From an uncultured Gammaproteobacteria bacterium (GTDB lineage Bacteria; Patescibacteriota; Patescibacteriia; 2-12-FULL-60-25): 64,000 nucleotides of DNA. Positions 9,293 to 17,838 of the stretch are shown piece by piece. Each line of letters opens with the position of its first letter. The first letter of the stretch is position 1. Location: contig CAYFST010000001.1 of NCBI GenBank assembly GCA_964345995.1, positions 269 through 64,268 on the forward strand. The letters run 5' to 3'. Below the pieces are notes generated by a model, which ran no database searches, was not told the origin of the DNA, and was given only the letters and a program-made list of their open reading frames with translations. The position numbers and the translations under genes were made by a program.

Positions 9293-9919
9293 TTATAAAT
9301 AATTTTTATTAGGGTAGTTGCAATATTTTTCTATTGGACACTTGTGACAAAGCGGATGCCCGGCTTTGCAGATATCGCGGCCGAAGTGAACGAAAGTGCG
9401 GTTGATGTCGGACCAGGATTTTTTAGGTACCAAGTCCGCGAGTTCTTTTTCGACCGTAACCGCATCTTTGCCTTTGGCCCAGCCCAAGCGATGCGCGATG
9501 CGGAAGACGTGCGTGTCGACGGCTATTGCGGGCTTGTTAAAGCAAGCGGAAAGGACGCAACTCGCGGTTTTGCGTCCAACACCCGGCAAGGCGACGAGTT
9601 CATTCATATCGCCGGGGACTCGACCTTGGTGGTCAGTAATGATTTTTCGCGCCAAGGATTTAATGGATTTGGATTTGTTACGATATAGGCCGATGGTATT
9701 AATAGCGCTTGCTATCTCGTCTTCTTTTGCATTGGCGAGACTTTGCCAGGTGGCAAATTTTTTACGAAAGTTGGGAAAAATCTTTAAAACCTGCGCATCC
9801 GTGGTTCGAGCACTCATAAGGGTGACAAGTAAACTATCAGCCGGATCGCCCAAATTCATATCCGCTTTTTGAGGATAACGCTTTTTGAGGATTTTTAAAA
9901 TTTCAGGATGATACCGCAT
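9293..9919 (-). CDS. nth: endonuclease III (HhH-GPD base-excision glycosylase/lyase)
   Basis: HhH LVALPGVGRKTASCVL, AVDTHVFR, and a 4Fe-4S cluster loop CKAGHPLCHKCPIEKYC. The ORF-track start at 9928 is TTG; ATG lies at 9917-9919. Confidence 0.9.
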   Translation of the reverse strand: MRYHPEILKILKKRYPQKADMNLGDPADSLLVTLMSARTTDAQVLKIFPNFRKKFATWQSLANAKEDEIASAINTIGLYRNKSKSIKSLARKIITDHQGRVPGDMNELVALPGVGRKTASCVLSACFNKPAIAVDTHVFRIAHRLGWAKGKDAVTVEKELADLVPKKSWSDINRTFVHFGRDICKAGHPLCHKCPIEKYCNYPNKNYL

Positions 9920-9956
9920 ATGTAGCAAAGATGCGCCGTGGCGTAACTTTATGCCA

Positions 9957-11531
9957 TTAGATCAGAGTTCTCCCGATCATATCTTCGGGTTGTTGCAATT
10001 TCATCAAACGTAATACGGTAGGGGCGATATCAGCAAGCATGCCGGTTGGAGGGGTCATACTTAAATCCCCGCCGATCACATCACCCGTGGGCGCTTTAAC
10101 ACCCTCCAGTTGTTTGCCAACAATTATGAAAGGCACCGGATTAGTTGAATGCTCCTTATCCATTTCGCCGGTAGTGAGATTAATCAGTTCTTCAGAATTA
10201 CCGTGGTCGGCGGTAATTAAGACGATACCGCCAACCGCGAGAGCGGCGTCTATTATGCGACCCAAGCATTTATCAACGGATTCGTGCGCTTTAACAGTAG
10301 CTTCAAAGTTGCCGGTATGTGCTACCATATCAGGGCTGGCAAAGTTAGCTACTATAAAATCATAACCGCTACCCGCAATTTCTTTAACGATTCGATCCGC
10401 GATTTGCGTATTGGCCATTTCCGGAGCTTGGTCGTAACTGGAAACTCGAGGAGATGGAATGATAACCCTGTCTTCACCGGGATATTCGTCTTCGATCATG
10501 CCATTTAGAAAAAAAGTGACGTGCGCGTATTTTTCCGTTTCAGCAATATGTAATTGTCGTAAACCCGCGTCTGAAATTATTTTAGCTAATGAAGTATCGA
10601 TAATCTGCGGCGGATATCCAACTTCCACAGGCAAATCTTTTTCATATTCCATCATGGTGCTCATGTGAAAATTTTCAATCTTGGGGCGCTCAAATTTATC
10701 AAATTCGGGTAATGCAAGCGCTTTGGTGATTTGGCGCGCGCGATCAGGACGAAAATTAAAAAAGATTGCCGCATCGCCACTTTGGATTGTTGCGACAGGT
10801 TTTCCGCCTTTTTTTATAACCGTGGGTACGAACTCCTCATCATAAACTCCATTGGCATAAGAAGCTTCGATAGCTTCTACGGCCGAAGAGGCTTCTTGGC
10901 CCAACCCTTTAACCATGGCTTCATACATTTGCTCAGTTCTTTCCCAGCGATGATCGCGATCCATGGCATAAAAACGCCCTCCCAAAGTTGCTATTCGCCC
11001 TACGTTTAATTCCTTGATTTTTGCTTCCAGTTCTTTAATAAAACTTAAGCCACTGTTATAAATCGTATCGCGACCATCTAAAAAAGCATGAATAGCCACA
11101 TCTTTAAACTTATGGCGCTTGCATAATTCCAGTAAAGCGTAAAGATGCTCTATATGCGCGTGAACTCCCCCGGGCGAACATAAGCCCATTAAATGCAAAG
11201 TGCTTTTGTTCTCTTGGGCGTGTTTCAAAGCTTTGAGTAAAGCTTGATTTTCAAAAAAAGTTCCATCTTCGATGCTCATGTTGACGCGCGGTAAACTCTG
11301 AAAAAAGATACGGCCCGCACCGATTGTGAGGTGGCCGACTTCAGAGTTACCCATCTGCCCCCACGATAAACCCACAGCCTCTCCCGAAGCGCGAACCGAC
11401 ATTGACGGATAATGTTCGATTAAGTTTTTGTATACGGGCATTTTTGCTCGTGTTATGGCATTGCCGTCCGAATCGGGCGCAATACCAAAACCGTCTAAAA
11501 TAAGCAGTACTATTGGTTTGGGTCTATCCAT
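9957..11531 (-). CDS. gpmI: 2,3-bisphosphoglycerate-independent phosphoglycerate mutase (copy 1)
   Basis: LILDGFGI, GNSEVGHLTIGAGR (catalytic Ser), FLDGRDT, MVAHTGN, TADHGNSEE. Confidence 0.93.
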   Translation of the reverse strand: MDRPKPIVLLILDGFGIAPDSDGNAITRAKMPVYKNLIEHYPSMSVRASGEAVGLSWGQMGNSEVGHLTIGAGRIFFQSLPRVNMSIEDGTFFENQALLKALKHAQENKSTLHLMGLCSPGGVHAHIEHLYALLELCKRHKFKDVAIHAFLDGRDTIYNSGLSFIKELEAKIKELNVGRIATLGGRFYAMDRDHRWERTEQMYEAMVKGLGQEASSAVEAIEASYANGVYDEEFVPTVIKKGGKPVATIQSGDAAIFFNFRPDRARQITKALALPEFDKFERPKIENFHMSTMMEYEKDLPVEVGYPPQIIDTSLAKIISDAGLRQLHIAETEKYAHVTFFLNGMIEDEYPGEDRVIIPSPRVSSYDQAPEMANTQIADRIVKEIAGSGYDFIVANFASPDMVAHTGNFEATVKAHESVDKCLGRIIDAALAVGGIVLITADHGNSEELINLTTGEMDKEHSTNPVPFIIVGKQLEGVKAPTGDVIGGDLSMTPPTGMLADIAPTVLRLMKLQQPEDMIGRTLI

Positions 11532-11635
11532 ATTATTTACAAATCATACCAAAATTTTTATCAAATATCTTAAAATGTAATTATTTCGTGAAACTGTTTA
11601 TATAAATTTGGTGACATCTGATAATGTTTAATGTT

Positions 11636-13195
11636 TTATTTAATAAGGTTTTTTCCTTGCATCTCCTTTGGCAACTGTTCGTGAAGTAAAAATAATACGG
11701 TGGGCGCGATATCGGCCAGCGTTCCTTGACGCAGTTTCTTTTTGCGCAAACTGTTATTAACCAAAACAAAGGGCACTGGATTGGCATTGTGATGCGTATC
11801 CGTTTCACCGTTTTCGGCCATGACTTCTTCAGCATTGCCATGATCGGCGGTAATGATACACGTTCCTCCCGTTTTATCAAGAGCGGATATTACTTTTTTT
11901 ATAGCTTTATCCGTGACTTCGCAGGATTTAACAGTTGCGGAAAAATTTCCGGTATGAGCAACCATGTCCGGATTGGCTATATTGGCGCAAATGAAATCAT
12001 AACCACTTTGCAAAGATTCGGCTATTTCTTGACTGATTTCTTTGGCGCGCATTTGCGGTTTGGTATCGAATTTGACTACTTTGTGCGAAGGAATTTTTTT
12101 GCGGGATTCGTCAAAACGAGGTCGATCGAAACCGCCATTAAAAAAATAAGTTACATGAGCGTATTTTTCGGATTCGGCGATATAGATTTGCTTATATGAT
12201 CTGAGTGCTTCAACCAAAGTGCCATTAATTTCATGATGCGGAAAAACGGCTAGCGCATGGTCGATTTGTTTGCCGAATTCAGTTAATGTTACAAAAAATA
12301 AGTTGGAAATTTTTTTACCTCGATTAAAACCTTGCTTGCCTTTGGCGTTAAAAGGCTTGGTCACGAAAGGCTTGGTCAGTTGGCGAGCGCGATCGGAGCG
12401 CAGGTTCCAAAATATTAAACTATCACCATTTCGTACACGAATAGACTTGTGAGAATTTGCGATAATTGTAGGTTCGATGAATTCGTCACTTTCCCCTCTT
12501 TCATAAGCTTCTTCGATGGCAGCCGCAGCCGACTCTGCTCGGCGGCCTTTTCCGTGGACAATAGCATCATAGGTTTTTTTGGTGCGTTGCCAGTTGCGGT
12601 TTCTATCCATGGCGTAAAAGCGACCGCTTACACTGGCAATATACGCGTTTTTGGGTAGATCGGCTTGCAATTCAGTTAGCAATCTTAGGCCATGATAGGG
12701 TGGCGTGTCTCGCCCGTCGGTAAAGACATGCAAAGCGATGCGCGGAACTTTTTGCTTACGCATCAGCTTGGCCAAAGCCGTGATGTGTCCGGTGGCTGCG
12801 TGAGCGCTTTGAGTGTTGGTCATCAATCCCATGAGATGCATGGTTGAATCGTTTTTTTTGGCATGTTGCGCCGCTTCCAACAAAACCGAATTTTTAAAGA
12901 AACTTTTATCTTTAATAGCCTTGTTAACTATAACCTTGTCAGATAAAACCGCCCGACCGGCGCCGATAGTTTGGTGCCCGGCCTCGCTGTTTCCGACCTC
13001 ACCCGTTGGCAAGCCCACCGCTTCACCATCGGCTTTAAGCTTGGTGTGAGGATATTTTTTTAACAATGATCTATAAACCGGCATTTTAGCTTTATTTATG
13101 GCATTGCCTTTTTTATTGCGTGAAATACCAAAGCCATCAAGAATTAGCAGGACTATAGGTTTATGCTTTTGCTTGTTTTTGGTAGCTTGAGGCAT
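11636..13195 (-). CDS. gpmI: 2,3-bisphosphoglycerate-independent phosphoglycerate mutase (divergent tandem copy 2)
   Basis: Same landmark motifs retained: LILDGFGI, GNSEAGHQTIGAGR, FTDGRDT, MVAHTGN, TADHGNAEE. Alternative start at 13231. Confidence 0.88.
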   Translation of the reverse strand: MPQATKNKQKHKPIVLLILDGFGISRNKKGNAINKAKMPVYRSLLKKYPHTKLKADGEAVGLPTGEVGNSEAGHQTIGAGRAVLSDKVIVNKAIKDKSFFKNSVLLEAAQHAKKNDSTMHLMGLMTNTQSAHAATGHITALAKLMRKQKVPRIALHVFTDGRDTPPYHGLRLLTELQADLPKNAYIASVSGRFYAMDRNRNWQRTKKTYDAIVHGKGRRAESAAAAIEEAYERGESDEFIEPTIIANSHKSIRVRNGDSLIFWNLRSDRARQLTKPFVTKPFNAKGKQGFNRGKKISNLFFVTLTEFGKQIDHALAVFPHHEINGTLVEALRSYKQIYIAESEKYAHVTYFFNGGFDRPRFDESRKKIPSHKVVKFDTKPQMRAKEISQEIAESLQSGYDFICANIANPDMVAHTGNFSATVKSCEVTDKAIKKVISALDKTGGTCIITADHGNAEEVMAENGETDTHHNANPVPFVLVNNSLRKKKLRQGTLADIAPTVLFLLHEQLPKEMQGKNLIK

Positions 13196-13349
13196 AGATA
13201 AATTACAGCTTTTACCGGTGAACTTGTGCAAAATTATTGCTGTTTTAAATTAGTTTACAGTTTATGCAAAGAATAAACAAGTGGAAATTTTGCTAAATTG
13301 AGATAAATTGTATTGTTAGTTGATTGACAGTGATTTTTTTACGACACTG

Positions 13350-13378
13350 TTGACAAAAAGCAAAAATTGTGCTAAGTT
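13350..13378 (+). promoter_or_regulatory. sigma70-like promoter candidate for the coiled-coil gene
   Basis: TTGACA (13350-13355), a 17-nt spacer, then TAAGTT (13373-13378). AGGAG sits 8 nt before the ATG at 13446. Confidence 0.3.
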
Positions 13379-13445
13379 AACACATCGTCAATGAGATTTT
13401 GGACGGACGACCGTCCTTTTACAATAAAAAAAAGGAGATATCGAC

Positions 13446-15203
13446 ATGCCCATGAACCCAAGGATGAACCCCAAAATGGGGGGCGGTATGCCCCAACCCC
13501 CGACTCCGGCAACAAAAGAAACCGCACCCAAGAACGGCCTGGACAATTCAGCCGAGCTTAAGGAGACTCAGAACCTGCTGAAACAGCAGGGGGAAGAGGC
13601 CAAGCGATTGGCCACTGAGCTCCAACTGCGCACTGAAAAACACCAAAAGGCGCTCAAGGCGGCCAAGGCCAAGATCGACGAGCTCAAGCAAGAGCTTGCC
13701 GATGCCAAGGGCGCGGGCGACGCAGAACCGGCCAAAGCCCAAGCCGAGGTCAAGCGCCTTGAGGGCGAACTGGCCAAAGCCAAGCGCGAGGCCGAGAGCG
13801 CCAAGAATGAGCTCTCGAGCACCTTGAGCCAGCTCGACGAGCTCAAAAAAAAGCTCGATGAAGCTCAACGTTCGTACGATGAAGAAAAACAGCGCTTAGA
13901 GACCGAGGTCAAGCGCCTGAAGAACGCGGCCTCCGCGACTGTGCCGGCAGGTGCAGACCATACGGCTTGCGAGAAGCGCATCGGGGAACTGGATGCCGCT
14001 CTTGCCAGCGCGCAAGCGAGTTATGCGGAGCTTGAGAAAAAAGCAAATCAGGCAGTCCAACAAGCTCGCCAAGAGCGCGACAAGTTGGCCGCGCAAGTCA
14101 AGAACTTGCAAACCGCCGCAAAGAGCGGTGGAGCTGACGCGGCCGAACTCGCGCGCTTGCAACAGCGCGCGGATGAGCTCGAGCGCTCTGCGCGCTACCA
14201 GAGCCAGCTCAAGGATCAGGCTCTGGCCGAGGTAAAGCGTCTCGAAGCCGCGTTCGAACAAATCCGCCAAGAACGTGACGGGTTTGAGGTGGATATCGCG
14301 AGCTTGAGCAATGAGTTGAAACAAGCTCAAGCCAAGATTGCGGATCTGGAGCAAAGCAACCCGCAGGTCGTTGTAAACAAGCGGCGTGAGGCCATACGAG
14401 CCGAAGCGCGCGATGAGGCCGCCAAGTTGGATCCGAATCTGAGTGATGAGGATCGTGACGAGGCGATCTCGGAAATCAACGATCGGGCGCGCCGTGAGCT
14501 CCAAAAGCTCGAGGCAAAGCAGACCAGATTATCGGGCAGGTTCGTGCTCATCGCCGGGCTGATTTTGACTGTGATCGTCGGTGTACTTGGTTACATTGTC
14601 GGGGCACAGAGCAATAGGACGGCGGACACGGCGGCGCCCGCGGTTACGCCGGCTCCGGCAAGTTCGTTGCCCGCGCCCGAGACAACCGGAAGCACGGCGC
14701 CCGCGGGCACCGTGCAAGAGCCCGAGGCAATCGAGACTGAGACGCCCGTACCGCCGGGTTTGCCCGAGTACGAGGAGGTCTGCTATCCGGTTTCCGCCAA
14801 GGTCATGTCTTTGCATCATGGTCGGCAACTCAAGGACGGCAAGATCTTCGGACAGCTTCGCGATGATGTACCGGAAGGCTATCATCGCATCGTCTGCGAC
14901 GGCTCACGTGAGCCGGATGAGACGGGCTGGACGGACGTGAGCGACTGTAAGAGCTGTGGACCCAAGCCCGGCTCTTACCCGGTGGAAGATTATCTGGAGG
15001 TGTTTACCGGGCAAAGCGACCCGAGTTGCTACACCTCGCCATCGAACTTCTCTTTTCACCGTTGGAGCAAGAACTCATTGCATTTCGACTGTGGCGGCAA
15101 GCCCCAGCCGTATGACGCATTGAGGGAATGCTCCGACATGCGTGGCTGCAAGCTCGTTTTGCCGGATCCCAAGGAGACGGCCTGCGAAGTTTGCGGCGAC
15201 TAA
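13446..15203 (+). CDS. high-GC single-pass membrane protein: long cytoplasmic coiled coil, TM, Pro/Thr linker, Cys-containing ectodomain
   Basis: About 360 aa of A/E/K/Q/L heptad-like sequence. TM FVLIAGLILTVIVGVLGYIVGA (about 14541-14606). C-terminal ~190 aa contains 12 Cys. Codons are GC3-rich (AAG, GAG, GCC, CTC), unlike the neighbouring genes. Confidence 0.8.
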   Translation: MPMNPRMNPKMGGGMPQPPTPATKETAPKNGLDNSAELKETQNLLKQQGEEAKRLATELQLRTEKHQKALKAAKAKIDELKQELADAKGAGDAEPAKAQAEVKRLEGELAKAKREAESAKNELSSTLSQLDELKKKLDEAQRSYDEEKQRLETEVKRLKNAASATVPAGADHTACEKRIGELDAALASAQASYAELEKKANQAVQQARQERDKLAAQVKNLQTAAKSGGADAAELARLQQRADELERSARYQSQLKDQALAEVKRLEAAFEQIRQERDGFEVDIASLSNELKQAQAKIADLEQSNPQVVVNKRREAIRAEARDEAAKLDPNLSDEDRDEAISEINDRARRELQKLEAKQTRLSGRFVLIAGLILTVIVGVLGYIVGAQSNRTADTAAPAVTPAPASSLPAPETTGSTAPAGTVQEPEAIETETPVPPGLPEYEEVCYPVSAKVMSLHHGRQLKDGKIFGQLRDDVPEGYHRIVCDGSREPDETGWTDVSDCKSCGPKPGSYPVEDYLEVFTGQSDPSCYTSPSNFSFHRWSKNSLHFDCGGKPQPYDALRECSDMRGCKLVLPDPKETACEVCGD

Positions 15204-15219
15204 CCACAACCTACTACAT

Positions 15220-15260
15220 CCCGTAGAATGGCTAAACCAAGCTGTTTTACGGGTTTTTTT
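15220..15260 (+). terminator. intrinsic terminator candidate
   Basis: CCCGTA (15220-15225) pairs with TACGGG (15248-15253) and is followed by T7. The loop is long (22 nt). Confidence 0.45.
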
Positions 15261-15462
15261 GACTTTGAGTTACAAGATCTTGTGGATTTGTATGATTTTA
15301 ATTGATGAATAATCTAATAATATTTGTAATCAAAGTACTCTAGCGTCACTCATGCTTATTTGTTGTTTTGCCATATCGATATTGACGTTTAGAGCAAATT
15401 ATGCTAAAAAATTGTATTCTTAAAGAAAAGAAAAATGGCTCTTTTGACAAACGGAGGGCAAG

Positions 15463-16917
15463 ATGACAGACAAGCAACAAGCGTTTCAGATTATTTTTGA
15501 TGGTGGTATTAAGACTTTCGCGGCCGTGGATAGGCGGGATGATGGTACAAGTGTACATTGCGAGCTCACCCACATGAATCCGCATGCCAATCTCAGCTAC
15601 ATGACTGAAACCGGTGAAAGAGTTTCTTGCTCGGTTATCAGTGATGCAAGGGTGGTAAGAGTTGCCAAAGAACCGACAAATGCTGATACACCTCTTACCT
15701 TGAGAGTCACGCTCAGCAGGGCATTGAAAAACGATTGCAGCCCCTTACCTCAAAAGGGAGAGGTGCTGACACTCTTACCTGAAAACGGAAAGAACGCGAT
15801 TCGGACCACATGCGTGGAAACCAGTGAGGCGACGGGAACTTTTGCGGTCACCTACCCGTTTCATCATATTTACCAAGGTGCCGAAGCTTGGCTGGTAGAT
15901 CAAAACGGCAACCGTAGCCGGATTTCGATCAAAAATGTCGATGTTCACTGCTACAATTCGGGCATCAATCAATCTATCTGTGTATTGCATGTTTCTGAGG
16001 CAGACGAGGTCAATCCCCTGTCCGGAACGATCGACAACAGCGACCGTGAAGATGACAAACGGAATGATACTCAAACCGAGCAAACGAAGGAGCAGCCGGG
16101 CGACCATGCACCGGATAGCGATCCAAGTGATCGGAATGACACGGTGAACTACTCGAATATCAACATCCCGCCCAATCCGGCACCCAAGAATCTGGGAGAT
16201 ATGCAACAAAGTGGAGGTAATGACTCGGATTCCGGCGAAAAGGACTCTGACTCAATCATGAACGGTAATAAAGCTATCAAGCCGCCACTTTTGAGCTTAA
16301 GCGCTCGGGGTAAGAGTGTGATGCAGTTACTCATCGCTTGTTTGGCAACCGCGGTCTTTGTGCTAATTCTGGTTCCGGCCGGGGCAAAGCAAACCGTCTT
16401 GCACACGGGGCTCGTAACCACGCAGGTTCAGTCCAGTGTGGCGACAAGCGAATCCAGCACTCCTCCGACCGTATTGAGCTCCCTTATGGTTTGGGGTCAG
16501 AGCGAGCACGAGACGATTGCCATGAACTCCGCGAATCTGCACAAGTTCTTTGGTCAGAGCGATCCATCACGACTGGCTGGCAGTCTGACAGGCGAGGTTA
16601 TGCCGGGCACGCTTGGCATCTATTGCAAAAAGACGCCGTCCTATAACGTAAACGACCGCACAACGGACGCGAGCATTTGCGAGATCGCCATGCCGCATGA
16701 TGCCAAACCCGGAGTCTTCAAGCTCACACCGGCGAATTCGGCGACATGGTTCCATCAGACCGATCCGTCCTGCTTTCGTGAGACGCTTACTCCGTATCAC
16801 ACGGATGATACCGCAAACGCTTTACATGTGAACTTAGATTCTTGCGACTGGAGCTTTGACCCGGTACGCAAGTGCTTCGACTATTCGGAATGCACTTTTA
16901 CAGTTCCGAATTTTTGA
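15463..16917 (+). CDS. single-pass membrane protein with beta-rich N-terminal region, acidic low-complexity segment, TM and Cys-containing ectodomain paralogous to the upstream gene
   Basis: GGAGGG 6 nt before the ATG. TM VMQLLIACLATAVFVLILVPAGA (about 16318-16386). The C-terminal 56 aa align with the C-terminus of the 585-aa neighbour. Confidence 0.75.
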   Translation: MTDKQQAFQIIFDGGIKTFAAVDRRDDGTSVHCELTHMNPHANLSYMTETGERVSCSVISDARVVRVAKEPTNADTPLTLRVTLSRALKNDCSPLPQKGEVLTLLPENGKNAIRTTCVETSEATGTFAVTYPFHHIYQGAEAWLVDQNGNRSRISIKNVDVHCYNSGINQSICVLHVSEADEVNPLSGTIDNSDREDDKRNDTQTEQTKEQPGDHAPDSDPSDRNDTVNYSNINIPPNPAPKNLGDMQQSGGNDSDSGEKDSDSIMNGNKAIKPPLLSLSARGKSVMQLLIACLATAVFVLILVPAGAKQTVLHTGLVTTQVQSSVATSESSTPPTVLSSLMVWGQSEHETIAMNSANLHKFFGQSDPSRLAGSLTGEVMPGTLGIYCKKTPSYNVNDRTTDASICEIAMPHDAKPGVFKLTPANSATWFHQTDPSCFRETLTPYHTDDTANALHVNLDSCDWSFDPVRKCFDYSECTFTVPNF

Positions 16918-16935
16918 TGCGGAATGAGAACCGCT

Positions 16936-16966
16936 CCCCTTTCAGCTTTGGAAGGGGTTATTTTTA
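16936..16966 (+). terminator. intrinsic terminator
   Basis: CCCCTT (16936-16941) pairs with AAGGGG (16952-16957) around a 10-nt loop, followed by TTATTTTTATTT. Confidence 0.6.
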
Positions 16967-17061
16967 TTTAACGCCGTATAGTAGAGACTAACCCTGTGTT
17001 CGCCCGGTGCTTTGATACACAACGAGCAAACACAAGGTTCGTTGCTACGGGTGAGTATATG

Positions 17062-17364
17062 CTAATTATCTCGCGGATCTTGGACGGAGATTTTGATAAG
17101 TTCTTCGCGGTCATCACTCGGCAAGACGGGTGCCGGGCGAGTAAAGCCACATTTTTGGCATCTATGTATTACACGATCAATTTCTCCACGATTAACCTCC
17201 ACGCCCACAGGTTTCATTAAACCATTACATTCCTCCGCTCTGTCGCCGGGAGTTTTATCGACATGCTTGGACCACAAGCAAACCGGACAATGATTTGTGT
17301 AACCATTGCCTTTGACCGAAGTGCCGCATTTTTCGCAGATAAAATCTTCAATCGTACGCTTCAT
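17062..17364 (-). CDS. RNHCP-domain zinc-ribbon protein
   Basis: CEKCG...YTNHCPVCLWSKHVD...CNGLM...HRCQKCG matches the RNHCP family layout. Confidence 0.75.
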   Translation of the reverse strand: MKRTIEDFICEKCGTSVKGNGYTNHCPVCLWSKHVDKTPGDRAEECNGLMKPVGVEVNRGEIDRVIHRCQKCGFTRPAPVLPSDDREELIKISVQDPRDN

Positions 17365-17398
17365 AAAATAAATACAAAATACCTATTTTAATTACCGA

Positions 17399-17782
17399 TT
17401 AACGATGATTGAAATCGCTTACGCGATTATTACCTTTATTTTTTGTGGTTAATTGTATTTTTGAGATTATCCGACAAATACTTTGACATTCAGATAGTAG
17501 ACTAGATGCCATATTCTCCGGAAGAAGCTTTGAGTCTTTTAGCAGGCATAGCCAATACTCTGTCTCCAGGGCTTCTTTATATGCAATGGACATCTTTGAG
17601 ATAAAATCTGCACGTAATTGGGCTCCTATAGCCTCACGAACATTAGCTCCAATAGAAGTACCCCTTCTTAATAGTTGTTTAGCTAGAACGTACTCTTGTT
17701 TTTCCTTAGTTAAAAATAGATATGCCTGAATGATGTTCAAAGCAAAAACATAGCTCTTATCCGCAATCAAATTATCTTTCAT
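17399..17782 (-). CDS. four-helix-bundle protein (23S rRNA intervening-sequence protein family)
   Basis: QLLRRGTSIGANVREA......F..KMSIAYKEALETEYWLCLL is the signature of this family. Confidence 0.8.
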   Translation of the reverse strand: MKDNLIADKSYVFALNIIQAYLFLTKEKQEYVLAKQLLRRGTSIGANVREAIGAQLRADFISKMSIAYKEALETEYWLCLLKDSKLLPENMASSLLSECQSICRIISKIQLTTKNKGNNRVSDFNHR

Positions 17783-17810
17783 AAATAAATTTCGCGAAGC
17801 GACTCCTGCA

Positions 17811-17838
17811 TCGGTAATTGATAATCGGTAATTGATAA
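17811..17838. repeat. perfect 14-nt tandem duplication (TCGGTAATTGATAA x2)
   Basis: Units at 17811-17824 and 17825-17838. They fill the gap between the lysS stop (17839) and the four-helix-bundle gene start. Confidence 0.95.

Noticed and set aside
13548-14885. Several long antisense or alternative-frame ORFs (13548-13868, 13568-13846, 13896-14504, 14327-14551, 14529-14885, 14581-14940).
   Set aside because: They lie inside the high-GC coiled-coil gene, where stop codons are rare in all frames. Their products are low-complexity Leu/Ala/Arg/Ser strings with no start-site signals.
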